Source: Roseovarius sp.
GTDB taxonomy: Bacteria; Pseudomonadota; Alphaproteobacteria; Rhodobacterales; Rhodobacteraceae
DNA length: 64,000 nucleotides
Assembly: GCA_041685435.1 (NCBI GenBank)
Contig: JAWLFT010000002.1
Location: 22,058-86,057, forward strand
Reading direction: 5' to 3'
The notes beneath the pieces are model-generated. The model did not search any database and was not told where the DNA came from. It worked only from the letters and a program-made list of their open reading frames with translations. The stretch's first letter is position 1, and every line of letters starts with the position of its first letter. A program made the translations under genes and the position numbers. This document shows positions 51,338 through 61,112 of this stretch, one piece after another.

Positions 51338-52354
51338 ATGAACCCTTGGAAAAACGTCCTGAGCGCCACGGCCCTGCTGGCCGTGGCCGCCCCCGCCTTC
51401 GCACAGGAGGTCAATCTTTACTCCAGCCGTCACTATGACAGCGACGACGCACTTTACGAGGCGTTCACCGAAGAAACTGGGATCACCATCAACCGGATCG
51501 AGGCCAACGCCGACGAGTTGATCGCCCGAATGGATGCCGAGGACACCAACAGCCCGGCGGATGTGTTCATGACCGTCGATGTCGGCCGTATCGGGCGCGC
51601 GGTGGATGCCGGGCTGCTGCAACCATTCGACTCGGACGTGATCGAGGCGAACGTGCCGCCGCATCTGCGCCATCCCGACAACCTCTGGACCGGGCTGTCG
51701 CAACGCGCACGCATCATCTTCTATTCGCGTGACCGCGTCGAGACCCCGCCGCGCACCTACGAGGATCTGGCCGATCCCATGTATGAGGGGCAGATTTGCA
51801 TCCGCTCATCCTCGAACATCTACAACCAGTCGCTGCTGGCCTCGATCATCGAGGTGGATGGCGAGGACGCGGCCAGGGACTGGGCCGCCGGTGTCCTGAG
51901 CAACATGGCGCGCGATCCGCAGGGCGGCGACACCGACCAGCTGCGCGGCATCGTGTCGGGCGAATGTGATATCGCGGTCGCCAACACCTATTACTACGTG
52001 CGCGGCCTCGCGAGCGATGTCGACGGGCTGACCAGTGGCATCGACGATATCGGCTGGGTCTGGCCGAACCAGGGCGGGCGCGGCGCACATGTCAATCTCG
52101 CCGCCGCCGGCATTGCCAAGAACGCGCCCAATCCCGATGAGGCCGAGGCGCTGCTGGAATTCCTGACCAGCGAGAAGGCCCAGGAACAGTTCGCCAACGC
52201 CAATCACGAGTACCCCGTCCTGTCGGGCGTGGCGATGAACGAGCATGTGGCCAAGCTGGGGATCTTCATCCCCGACAGCACGACGCCCACCTCGGCCTTG
52301 TCGGAGAACGCGGCGCAGGCGCAGGCAATCTTCAACGAGGTCGGCTGGAACTGA
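51338..52354 (+). CDS. Fe(III) ABC transporter substrate-binding protein (FutA/FbpA type)
   Basis: VNLYSSRHY, IRSSSNIYNQSL, GGDTDQ, ANTYY and NHEYP motifs. Confidence 0.92.
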   Translation: MNPWKNVLSATALLAVAAPAFAQEVNLYSSRHYDSDDALYEAFTEETGITINRIEANADELIARMDAEDTNSPADVFMTVDVGRIGRAVDAGLLQPFDSDVIEANVPPHLRHPDNLWTGLSQRARIIFYSRDRVETPPRTYEDLADPMYEGQICIRSSSNIYNQSLLASIIEVDGEDAARDWAAGVLSNMARDPQGGDTDQLRGIVSGECDIAVANTYYYVRGLASDVDGLTSGIDDIGWVWPNQGGRGAHVNLAAAGIAKNAPNPDEAEALLEFLTSEKAQEQFANANHEYPVLSGVAMNEHVAKLGIFIPDSTTPTSALSENAAQAQAIFNEVGWN

Positions 52355-52376
52355 GACGACACAACACGAGAAAATT

Positions 52377-52411
52377 AAGAATGCCGGGCCCAAGCGGGTC
52401 CGGCATTCTTT
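52377..52411. terminator. Probable bidirectional terminator
   Basis: AAGAATGCCGGGCCC-AAGC-GGGTCCGGCATTCTT between convergent genes. Confidence 0.8.
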
Positions 52412-52454
52412 CGTGCAAGGACGAATTGGTACGGTGACAAACTGCGCGCGGCGA

Positions 52455-55307
52455 TTATTCCGCGGCCTCCGCATACTCCTCCAGCGGCGGGCAGGTACAG
52501 ACGAGGTGCCGGTCGCCATAGACATTGTCCACGCGGTTGACCGGCGGCCAGTACTTGTCGACCCGGAACGCGCCCGGCGGAAAGCAGCCCTGCTCACGGC
52601 TGTAGGGCCGGTCCCAGTCCTTCACCAGATCCTCCATCGTATGCGGCGCGTGCTTGAGCGGGTTGTTCTCGGCGTCGATCCGGCCCTCCTCGATGTCGCG
52701 GATCTCCTGACGGATCGCCAGCATCGCGTCGATGAAGCGGTCCAGCTCGGCCTTGGTCTCGGACTCGGTCGGCTCGACCATCAACGTGCCGGCGACCGGC
52801 CAGCTCATCGTGGGCGCATGAAAGCCGCAATCCATCAGACGCTTGGCGATATCGTCCACGGTGACGCCCGCACTGTCGACGAAGGGCCGCACATCGAGGA
52901 TGCATTCATGCGCGATACGCCCGCCGGTGCCCTTGTAGAGCACGTCATAAGCCGCCTCCAGACGCTTGGCGAGGTAGTTGGCATTGAGGATCGCGACCCG
53001 CGTCGCCTGCGTCAGGCCCGCGCCGCCCATCATCAGGCAATAGGCCCAGGAAATCGGCAACAGCGAAGGCGCACCGTAGGGCGCGGCACTCACCGGCCCT
53101 TCGGTGCCGCCGGTCTCGGGATGGCCGGGCAGATGCGGCACCAGATGCGCCTTGACCCCAATGGGCCCCATGCCCGGACCGCCGCCGCCATGCGGAATGC
53201 AGAAGGTCTTGTGCAGGTTGAGGTGGCTGACATCGCCGCCCAGATCACCCGGCCGCGACAGCCCGACCAGCGCATTCAAATTTGCCCCGTCGATATAGAC
53301 CTGCCCGCCATGCGCGTGCGTGATGTCGCAGACCTCGCGCACGGTCTCCTCGAACACGCCATGCGTCGAGGGATAGGTGATCATGCAGCCGGCGAGGTTG
53401 TCCGAGTGCTTTTCGGCCTTGGCGCGGAAATCGGCGACGTCGATATCGCCGTTTTCGGCGGACTTGATCACCACCACGTCCCAGCCGACCATGTGGGCAC
53501 TTGCGGGGTTGGTGCCATGCGCACTCATCGGAATGAGGCAGACGCGGCGATGCCCCTCGCCTTGCGCGCGATGCCATGCGGCGATGCTCAGCAGCCCGGC
53601 ATATTCCCCCTGCGCGCCGGAATTGGGCTGCATCGAGATCGCGGCATAGCCGGTGATGTCGCACAGCTTGGACGACAGGTCGTCGATCATCTCCGCGTAG
53701 CCCGCGGCCTGATCGGCGGGAGCAAAAGGATGCAGCCGGGAAAACTCCGGCCAGCTGATCGGCATCATCTCGGCCGCGGAATTGAGCTTCATCGTGCACG
53801 ACCCCAACGGAATCATCGCCCTGTCGAGCGCAAGGTCACGATCCGCAAGGCGCCGCATGTAGCGCATCATCTCGGTCTCGGCGCGGTTCATGTGAAAGAT
53901 CGGATGCGTCAGATACGCAGTGGTCCGCTGCAGCGCGTCGGGGATCCGGTACTCGGGCGTGAAATCGCGATCTTCCATGACAATTCCGAACGCACGCCAG
54001 ACCGCCTCGATGGTCGCGGGGCGTGTGCATTCGTCCAGCGTGATACCGATCCGCGTCTCGCCGACGCGGCGCAGGTTCACGCCCTCGCGCACCGCCGCCT
54101 GCAGCACACCGCGCTGCAAAAGCCCCACATCCACGGTGATCGTGTCGAAGATGCCATCCTCGGGCGCCACGTCAAACCCGGCCGCCTCCAGCCCCTTGGC
54201 CAGACGGACCGTCTTGCGGTGGATGCGCTGCGCAATCGCTTTCAGGCCCTTCGGCCCGTGGAACACCGCATACATCGAGGCCATCACGGCCAGAAGCGCC
54301 TGCGCGGTGCAGACATTGGACGTGGCCTTCTCGCGGCGGATATGCTGTTCGCGGGTCTGCAGGCTGAGACGGTAGGCGCGGTTGCCGTGGCTGTCCACGC
54401 TGACCCCGACCAGACGCCCGGGCAGGGACCGCTTGTAGGCATCGCGGGTGGCGATATAGGCCGCGTGCGGCCCGCCATAGCCCACCGGCACGCCAAAGCG
54501 CTGCGTCGAGCCGACGGCGATATCGGCCCCCATCGCGCCCGGCTCCTTCAGCAGGGTCAGCGCCAGCGGATCGGCGATCACGATGCCGATCGCCTTTTCG
54601 TCGTGCAGCGCCGCGATTTCGCCCGAAAAATCGCGCAAACTGCCATGCGTGCCGGGATACTGGAAGATCGCACCGAACACCGCTGCGGCATCCATGTCCT
54701 CGGGCGAGCCCACGATCACCTCGATATCCAGCGGTGCGGCGCGGGTCTGCATCACCGCGATGTTCTGCGGATGACAGTTCTCGTCGACGAAGAAGGCGCG
54801 CGTCTTCGATTTTGCCACGCGCTGCGCCATGGTCATCGCCTCGGCCGCCGCCGTCGCCTCGTCGAGAAGCGAGGCATTGGCGACCTCGAGCCCGGTCAGA
54901 TCGCTGACCATGGTCTGGAAGTTCAGCAGCGCCTCAAGCCGGCCCTGGCTGATCTCGGGCTGATAGGGCGTGTAGGCGGTATACCAGGCCGGGTTTTCAA
55001 GGATATTGCGCTGGATCGCGGGCGGCGTCACCGTGTCGTGATACCCTTGCCCGATCAGCGAGGTCAGCACGGTGTTCCTGTCGGCCACTCCGCGCATGTG
55101 ATGCAGCAATTCGCTCTCCGACATCGGTTTGCCGAAATCGAGGGCCACGTCCTGCCGAATGGATCTGGGCACGGTCTCGTCGATCAGCGCCTCGAGGCTC
55201 TCGACGCCGAGCGTGTTCAGCATCTCGGTCATTTCCTCGGGCGAGGGTCCGATATGGCGGCGATTGGCGAAATCGTACGGCAGGTAATCAGTCGCTTTGA
55301 ACGGCAT
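52455..55307 (-). CDS. gcvP: Glycine dehydrogenase (P protein)
   Basis: [26 protein letters not shown] and HLNLHKTF (PLP Lys) motifs. Confidence 0.98.
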   Translation of the reverse strand: MPFKATDYLPYDFANRRHIGPSPEEMTEMLNTLGVESLEALIDETVPRSIRQDVALDFGKPMSESELLHHMRGVADRNTVLTSLIGQGYHDTVTPPAIQRNILENPAWYTAYTPYQPEISQGRLEALLNFQTMVSDLTGLEVANASLLDEATAAAEAMTMAQRVAKSKTRAFFVDENCHPQNIAVMQTRAAPLDIEVIVGSPEDMDAAAVFGAIFQYPGTHGSLRDFSGEIAALHDEKAIGIVIADPLALTLLKEPGAMGADIAVGSTQRFGVPVGYGGPHAAYIATRDAYKRSLPGRLVGVSVDSHGNRAYRLSLQTREQHIRREKATSNVCTAQALLAVMASMYAVFHGPKGLKAIAQRIHRKTVRLAKGLEAAGFDVAPEDGIFDTITVDVGLLQRGVLQAAVREGVNLRRVGETRIGITLDECTRPATIEAVWRAFGIVMEDRDFTPEYRIPDALQRTTAYLTHPIFHMNRAETEMMRYMRRLADRDLALDRAMIPLGSCTMKLNSAAEMMPISWPEFSRLHPFAPADQAAGYAEMIDDLSSKLCDITGYAAISMQPNSGAQGEYAGLLSIAAWHRAQGEGHRRVCLIPMSAHGTNPASAHMVGWDVVVIKSAENGDIDVADFRAKAEKHSDNLAGCMITYPSTHGVFEETVREVCDITHAHGGQVYIDGANLNALVGLSRPGDLGGDVSHLNLHKTFCIPHGGGGPGMGPIGVKAHLVPHLPGHPETGGTEGPVSAAPYGAPSLLPISWAYCLMMGGAGLTQATRVAILNANYLAKRLEAAYDVLYKGTGGRIAHECILDVRPFVDSAGVTVDDIAKRLMDCGFHAPTMSWPVAGTLMVEPTESETKAELDRFIDAMLAIRQEIRDIEEGRIDAENNPLKHAPHTMEDLVKDWDRPYSREQGCFPPGAFRVDKYWPPVNRVDNVYGDRHLVCTCPPLEEYAEAAE

Positions 55308-55364
55308 GTGAGTGTCCTTTCGTTGTCGCGGATTGGTTGCGGGCGGCGCAACCCTGTCCCCGGC

Positions 55365-55420
55365 TTCATCTTGCCCGAAATACTCCCGCCGGAGGCGCGA
55401 AAATCCGGCACGGATTTTCG
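55365..55420. repeat. Dispersed repeat, copy 3, with adjoining perfect hairpin
   Basis: TTCATCTTGCCCGAAATACTCCC, then GCCGGAGGCG, then CGAAAATCCG-GCA-CGGATTTTCG (55398-55420). Confidence 0.65.
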
Positions 55421-55465
55421 TCAGGGGTCTTCAAGAGAACCCTTCCCGGCGGCGCAGGCCCGGAC

Positions 55466-55825
55466 TCAGCCGACATATTTCTTGTAGGCCGCCTCATCCA
55501 TGTACTCGTCCATCTGCTCGGGCTCGCTCGGGGTCATCTTGAAGAACCAGGCATCGCCGATGGGATCGTCGTTGACGCGGCCGGGCTCGTCGATGAGCGT
55601 GTCGTTGACCTCGGTGATCTCGCCATCGATGGGCGCGAGGATGTCGGAGGCCGCCTTGACGCTTTCGATCACCACGACCTCTTCATCCTTGGTCACTTTC
55701 GTGCCCACCTCGGGCAGTTCCACGAACACCACGTCACCCAGTTGCTGGCTGGCATGTTCGGTGATGCCGACGACCACCTGATCGTCCTCCATGCGCAGCC
55801 ATTCATGTTCTTCGGTAAATTTCAT
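55466..55825 (-). CDS. gcvH: Glycine cleavage H protein
   Basis: HEW, LGDVVFVELP and IESVKAAS (lipoyl Lys) motifs. Confidence 0.97.
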   Translation of the reverse strand: MKFTEEHEWLRMEDDQVVVGITEHASQQLGDVVFVELPEVGTKVTKDEEVVVIESVKAASDILAPIDGEITEVNDTLIDEPGRVNDDPIGDAWFFKMTPSEPEQMDEYMDEAAYKKYVG

Positions 55826-55846
55826 CCCGTGCTCCCAGATCTGCGT

Positions 55847-56977
55847 TCAGCGTTTGAAGTTGGCTTTGATGAAGGGCAGCGACGCCACCCGGACGGGCTG
55901 GCGCTTGCCGCGCAGCTCGCCGAAAAGTTGCGTGTCCGGCGCCGCAAGTCCGCGCGGCACGTAGCCCATGGACATCGGCGCCCCGAGTGTGGGCCCGAAG
56001 GCGCCCGACGTGACCTGACCCACCGGATCGCCGCCCTCGGCCCCGGCGTAAAGCGGCGTGCCTTCGCGCATCGGCGCGCGTCCCTCGGGGCGCAGCCCGA
56101 CGCGGAGACGCGACGCGCCGTTGCGCAATTCGTCGAGGATCCGGTCCGCACCCGGAAACCCGCCCGCGCGCGCACCGCCGACGCGGCGCACCTTCTGGAT
56201 CGCCCAGGCGAGGCTGGCCTCCACGGGCGTGGTGGTGGTGTCGATGTCATGCCCGTAAAGACACAAGCCCGCCTCCAGCCGCAGGCTGTCGCGCGCGCCA
56301 AGGCCGATCAGCTCCACATCGACATGATCGAGCAGCGCGCGGGCGAGCGGTGTCGCCAGATGCGTCTCGACCGAGATCTCGAAGCCGTCCTCGCCGGTAT
56401 AGCCCGAGCGCGAGATCCACAACTCCCCGAAATCCGACGGGAAAAGCCCGACATCCATGAAGCGCATCTCGGCGACCTCCGGCACCAGCCCCGCAAGCGC
56501 GGCCTCGGCCGACGGTCCCTGCAGCGCCAGAAGACCGCGGCCGATCACCTCCTCGACCTCGACATCCGCCTCCGGCAGATGCAGGCGCATATGCGCGATA
56601 TCGTCTGCCTTGCAGGCGGCGTTGACCACGACGAACATGTGATCGCCGCGATTGGCGATCATCAGATCGTCGAGGATGCCGCCCGTGTCATCGGTAAACA
56701 TCCCGTAGCGCTGCCGCATCACGCCGAGGCCCAGCAGATCGACGGGGACCAGCCGCTCCATCGCGGCGGCGATCTGTGCGTAGCCCCCCGGCGCGCGCAG
56801 GATGACCTGTCCCATATGGCTGACATCGAAAAGACCGGCCTTGGCGCGGCAATGCAGATGTTCCTTCAGAACGCCGGCGGGATATTGCACCGGCATCTCA
56901 TAGCCCGCAAAGGGCACCATCTTGGCGCCAAGAGAGCGGTGCAGCGCGTTAAGTGGTGTGATCTGCAGATCGGACAT
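55847..56977 (-). CDS. gcvT: Glycine cleavage aminomethyltransferase T
   Basis: FDVSHMGQ, SRSGYTGEDGFE and GLGARDSLRLEAG motifs. Confidence 0.97.
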   Translation of the reverse strand: MSDLQITPLNALHRSLGAKMVPFAGYEMPVQYPAGVLKEHLHCRAKAGLFDVSHMGQVILRAPGGYAQIAAAMERLVPVDLLGLGVMRQRYGMFTDDTGGILDDLMIANRGDHMFVVVNAACKADDIAHMRLHLPEADVEVEEVIGRGLLALQGPSAEAALAGLVPEVAEMRFMDVGLFPSDFGELWISRSGYTGEDGFEISVETHLATPLARALLDHVDVELIGLGARDSLRLEAGLCLYGHDIDTTTTPVEASLAWAIQKVRRVGGARAGGFPGADRILDELRNGASRLRVGLRPEGRAPMREGTPLYAGAEGGDPVGQVTSGAFGPTLGAPMSMGYVPRGLAAPDTQLFGELRGKRQPVRVASLPFIKANFKR

Positions 56978-57071
56978 CCGCATCCTTTCCCGTTGTCGTG
57001 GTCCGGAGCCGACACTGATGAACCCGGCACCGTCAAGGCACGCCCCCAATAGGGTCACGCCGCGATGCCCC

Positions 57072-57227
57072 CTCTGTCCGTCCGCCTGAGATCGCTATCC
57101 CTTCGGCGTCCCGCGTCGCTTGCGGGATCTCTCCAGAGTTTCATCGACCAGACAGGTCCTTTTGGCCTGAGAGATTCCGGGGCGGTTGCTCCTTCGGCAC
57201 CGGCGCGGGGCCGGTTCTCCCTGTCTG
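57072..57227 (-). ncRNA. Tandem glycine riboswitch
   Basis: Minus strand aptamer 1 (57227-57149) GGAGA..GCCGAAGGAGCAA..CTCTCAGGCCAAAAGGAC; aptamer 2 (57138-57072) CTCTGGAGAG..GCCGAAGGG..TCTCAGGC..GGACAGAG; upstream of gcvT. Confidence 0.96.
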
Positions 57228-57237
57228 ACGAGTACAG

Positions 57238-57266
57238 ACGTTAGTCCAGTATGTACCCGTCTTCAA
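57238..57266 (-). promoter_or_regulatory. Putative gcv promoter
   Basis: TTGAAG-N17-TAACGT directly 5' of the riboswitch; the -35 overlaps the rrf2 stop codon. Confidence 0.55.
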
Positions 57267-57715
57267 GACTGCCGCGAACAGGGTGTCACCGAAAAAATAG
57301 AGAAAAGGGCGGTGTTGTCGCAAACGAGGGCGTCAAGCGTCACCTCGTCGAGCTGCGCATAGAACACCTCGACGGCGTCGGCGAGGGCCACACGCAAGCG
57401 GCAGGCCTGCGTCAGGGGGCAGCTGTTGTCGGCATCGGCAAAGCATTCCGCGAGGGGCGTGTTTTCTTCCAGGCGGCGAAACACCTCGCCCACGCGGATC
57501 TCCGATGCCGGTCGGGCCAGCGTGACGCCTCCGGTACGGCCGCGCTGCGTCCGCAGAAACCCCATTTGCGCCAGCCGGTTGATGATCTGCGCAAGATGGC
57601 TCTCGGACGTGTTGCACCGTTCGGCGATCTCGGCCTTCGTGACCAGACGCCCGTCATTTGCCGCACAGAACATCAGCAGCCGCATGGCGATGTTGGCACG
57701 TTTGGTGATCCGCAT
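57263..57715 (-). CDS. Rrf2 family Fe-S transcriptional regulator (RirA/NsrR-like)
   Basis: EIAERCNTSESHLAQI, RGRTGGVTLARP and the three-Cys motif CFADADNSCPLTQAC. Confidence 0.93.
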   Translation of the reverse strand: MRITKRANIAMRLLMFCAANDGRLVTKAEIAERCNTSESHLAQIINRLAQMGFLRTQRGRTGGVTLARPASEIRVGEVFRRLEENTPLAECFADADNSCPLTQACRLRVALADAVEVFYAQLDEVTLDALVCDNTALFSIFSVTPCSRQS

Positions 57716-57773
57716 GGCATCCCGGTCCTTTGCTTGAACTTGCCCAGAATTGCGCCGACACTGGCGCTGCACA

Positions 57774-57787
57774 TTGATCGAGATCAG
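57774..57787. promoter_or_regulatory. FNR/FnrL-type box upstream of rrf2
   Basis: TTGAT-CGAG-ATCAG (9/10 match), centred 65.5 bp from the rrf2 ATG. Confidence 0.7.
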
Positions 57788-57805
57788 GAAAGACGGCAAA
57801 GACAC

Positions 57806-58378
57806 ATGCAGGATGCATATTTTTTCGGCTATGGCAGCCTTGTGAACTGCGCCACGCACGCCTTCGAGGGTGCGCAGGCGGCGCGGCTGACAGGCTGGCG
57901 GCGGGTGTGGCGGCACACCGATCTGCGGCCGGTGGCGTTTCTGACGGTGGTGCCGGATGACGAGGCCGAGATCGAGGGGCTGATCGCGCCCGTGCCGGGT
58001 GCCGACTGGGACGCGCTCGACCAGCGCGAGGCGGCGTATCTGCGCGCACCGGCCGCGGATCAGGTGCGCCATACCCTGCCCCACGCGCCGGAGATCGCGG
58101 TCTATACCATCCCCGAGGGGCGGCACGGCGCGCCCCACGCGGCCCGTCCCGTGCTGCTAAGCTATCTCGACGTGGTCGTGCAGGGCTATCTGCGCGAGTT
58201 CGGCGAAGACGGCGTGCGTCGGTTTTTCGAGACCACCCATGGCTGGGACGCGCCGATTCTGGATGATCGCGCCGCACCGCGCTATCCGCGCCATCAGCGG
58301 CTGAGCGCCGAAGAGCGTGCCCTGACCGACAGCCATCTGACCCGTCTTGACCCGCCGATCATAACCGCCCAAGGATGA
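57806..58378 (+). CDS. Gamma-glutamylcyclotransferase family protein
   Basis: FFGYGSLVN, GWRRVW and LDQREAAY motifs. Confidence 0.85.
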   Translation: MQDAYFFGYGSLVNCATHAFEGAQAARLTGWRRVWRHTDLRPVAFLTVVPDDEAEIEGLIAPVPGADWDALDQREAAYLRAPAADQVRHTLPHAPEIAVYTIPEGRHGAPHAARPVLLSYLDVVVQGYLREFGEDGVRRFFETTHGWDAPILDDRAAPRYPRHQRLSAEERALTDSHLTRLDPPIITAQG

Positions 58379-58453
58379 TTTCCAGACGGCAAGGGATGGC
58401 GCGTATCACCGTGCCACCTGTGACTGCCGCATCAATGAACGGACATTTTCGAA

Positions 58454-59722
58454 ATGAAGTTCCAGACCCTCTCGACATGGGCCATGTCCCTCGTGGAGAT
58501 CAGTCGCACGCTCTGGTTGCGCGTGAGCCTCTTTGCCGCACTGGCCGTGCTGAGTGCCGGCGTGGCGATCCTGCTCGAAGGTCGCATTCCGGCCGCCGTG
58601 CAGGACCGCTTCACGACCGACTCGGTTCTGCCGACCCTGTCGATACTCGCCTCGGGGATGCTGGCTGTCAGCACCTTCTCGCTGAATGTCATGGTGACGG
58701 CGCATAATGCGGCGGCCCAGCAGACCACGCCGCGCGTGCACCGCATCCTTCTGGCCGACACGACGACACACACCGCGCTTGCGGTGTTCATCGGCGCCTT
58801 CGTCTATGCGCTGAGCGCAATCATCCTGATCAAGTCGAACGTCTATCCCGAAGGATCCAGCGTGCTTGTGCTGGGGATCACCGTGGTGGTCGTGGTGTTG
58901 GTCGTGATGATGCTGGTGCGCTGGATTCACCGTCTCAGCGATCTGGGCAGCATGGATGCCACGCTCGACGCGACGGAGGCGCTGGCCCGCGATTGCCTGA
59001 TCCGCACAGGCCGCCTGCCCTCCCTTGGCGCGACCGAATTGACCGATGACATGGTGCCGAACGATGCGGTGACGCCCGTCATCGCCCCGCACACCGGCTA
59101 TTTGCAATTCATCGACATGCCGGGCATCAGCCAAAGGCTGAAATCGGACCGGACACGGGTCTATATCCACGTGCGGCCCGGCGACTACGTGATCGAGGGG
59201 GAGGCCGTCGGGCATGCCGCCGGCCTTGACGCTCGCGACGCGACGGCGATCGCGAAAAGGATGACGATCGGCGCGCATCGCAGCTTCGAGCAGGACGCGT
59301 CTTACGGGTTGCTGGTGCTGTCGGAGATCGCCTCGCGCGCGCTGTCGCCGGCACTCAACGATCCGGGCACCGCCATCGCGGTGATCTGCCGGCAGGAAAA
59401 ACTGCTTCTGGGCTGGGGACGGACGGAGCCGCAAAAGAACGCGCCGCTTTTCCCGCGGATCTTCCTGCATGACGCCGCGCGCCGCGCGATGATCGAGAAC
59501 GCCTTTGCCGGGATCGCGCGCGACGGCGCGGGACAGATCGAGGTGGTGCTGCGCTTGCGCGCGGCACTCGGGCGGGTTGCGCAGACCAGCGATCCGGGAC
59601 TCGTGGAGGCGGCGCGCGACATGCTTGCCCTTGCAAGCGATCACGCCGATGCCGCGCTGCCGCTGGACAGCGAGCGCCAGCGCCTTCGTTCGGCAGCGGA
59701 CGGGATCAGTGCTTTGCCCTGA
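58454..59722 (+). CDS. DUF2254-like membrane protein
   Basis: LASGMLAVSTFSL, TPR, GYLQFID and IASRALSPALNDPGTA motifs. Confidence 0.85.
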   Translation: MKFQTLSTWAMSLVEISRTLWLRVSLFAALAVLSAGVAILLEGRIPAAVQDRFTTDSVLPTLSILASGMLAVSTFSLNVMVTAHNAAAQQTTPRVHRILLADTTTHTALAVFIGAFVYALSAIILIKSNVYPEGSSVLVLGITVVVVVLVVMMLVRWIHRLSDLGSMDATLDATEALARDCLIRTGRLPSLGATELTDDMVPNDAVTPVIAPHTGYLQFIDMPGISQRLKSDRTRVYIHVRPGDYVIEGEAVGHAAGLDARDATAIAKRMTIGAHRSFEQDASYGLLVLSEIASRALSPALNDPGTAIAVICRQEKLLLGWGRTEPQKNAPLFPRIFLHDAARRAMIENAFAGIARDGAGQIEVVLRLRAALGRVAQTSDPGLVEAARDMLALASDHADAALPLDSERQRLRSAADGISALP

Positions 59723-61031
59723 TCACCTGCAAGAGCGGCAGCACCTTCGCCATGTCCGGCCCGTGCGCCTGTCCGGTCAGCGCCTTGCGCAGCGGCATGA
59801 AAAGACCCTTGCCCTTGCGCCCGGTCGCCGCCTTCACCTCGGCGGTCCATTTGCCCCAGGTGTCGTTGTCATGCGGCCCTTCTGGCAGCAGCGCCATCGC
59901 CTGCGCGATGAACTCCCGGTCCTCCTCGTCGATCTGCGGCTCCGCGCCGTCGCGAAACATCCGCCACCACGCCTCGAGATCATTCAGCGTGGTGATGTTC
60001 TCGCGCGTGACCTCCCAGAATTGCGGGGCAAGATCATCGGGCACGCCGATCTCGGCGATGGTGTCTGCCACGGCCTCAAAGGGGCGCGCGGCATTGATGC
60101 GGGCACTCAGCGGGAAGAGATCCCGCTCGTCGAATTTCGTCGGCGCCGATCCGAATCGTTCGATGTCGAAGCCGTCGATCAACTCGGCCATGTCGCTGCG
60201 CAGTTCCACCGGATCGGATGATCCCAGCCGCGCCATCAGCGAGAGCAGCGCCATCGGCTCGACCCCGCGCGCGCGCAGATCGCGCAAGCTGAGCGTGCCC
60301 AGCCGTTTCGACAGCGCCTCGCCCTGCGCCCCCGTAAGCAGCGAGTGATGCGCGAATTCGGGCGGTGTGCCGCCAAGCGCCTCGATGATCTGGATCTGCG
60401 TGGCGGTGTTGGTCACGTGATCTGCACCGCGCACCACATGGCTCACCCCCATCTCGATATCATCGACGACCGAGGCGAGCGTATAGAGCACCTGCCCGTC
60501 GCCACGGATGAGCACGGGATCCGACACGCTGCCTGCGTCGATGGAGACCTCGCCCCGGATGCCGTCGCGCCACTCGATCCGCCCTTGCTCAAGCTTGAAC
60601 CGCCAGACGCCCGGCCCGCGCTCGGCGCGCAGAGCCGCCTTTTCAGCGTCCGACAGGGTCAGTGCTGCGCGGTCATAGACCGGCGGCCGCCCCATGTTGA
60701 GCTGCTTGCGCCGCTTGATCTCAAGCTCGGACGGGGTCTCGAACGCCTCGTAGAGGCGCCCCATGTCGCGCAGCCGGTCGGCGGCCTCGGCATAGCGGTC
60801 GAGCCGCTCGGATTGCCGCTCCACCCGGTCCCAGTGCAGGCCCAGCCACTCCAGATCCTGCTTGATCGCATCAACATAGTCTTCGCGCGACCGCTCGGGG
60901 TCGGTATCGTCGATGCGCAGGATGAAGGTGCCTCCCGCCTTGGCGGCGATCATGTAATTCATCAGCGCCGTGCGCAGATTGCCGACATGGATGTGGCCCG
61001 TGGGCGACGGGGCAAAACGGGTGATGGTCAT
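59706..61031 (-). CDS. gltX: Glutamate--tRNA ligase
   Basis: RFAPSPTGHIHVGN, LRIDDTD, VVDD, RGADH and LSKR motifs. Confidence 0.95.
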   Translation of the reverse strand: MTITRFAPSPTGHIHVGNLRTALMNYMIAAKAGGTFILRIDDTDPERSREDYVDAIKQDLEWLGLHWDRVERQSERLDRYAEAADRLRDMGRLYEAFETPSELEIKRRKQLNMGRPPVYDRAALTLSDAEKAALRAERGPGVWRFKLEQGRIEWRDGIRGEVSIDAGSVSDPVLIRGDGQVLYTLASVVDDIEMGVSHVVRGADHVTNTATQIQIIEALGGTPPEFAHHSLLTGAQGEALSKRLGTLSLRDLRARGVEPMALLSLMARLGSSDPVELRSDMAELIDGFDIERFGSAPTKFDERDLFPLSARINAARPFEAVADTIAEIGVPDDLAPQFWEVTRENITTLNDLEAWWRMFRDGAEPQIDEEDREFIAQAMALLPEGPHDNDTWGKWTAEVKAATGRKGKGLFMPLRKALTGQAHGPDMAKVLPLLQVIRAKH

Positions 61032-61112
61032 CGGCGTCTCCTGACGGCGTCTCTTGATGTCGCGCGGGATGTCTCACAGCCCGCTGCCCTTGTCCAGATT
61101 GCCGCGCGGGCG

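Noticed and set aside
52245-55487. 1080-aa plus-strand ORF, and the many other long overlapping ORFs such as 5949-7748, 21466-23181, 33862-35850 and 46203-47891
   Set aside because: Antisense or alternate-frame shadows of well-supported genes, as expected from high-GC codon bias; no recognisable motifs.
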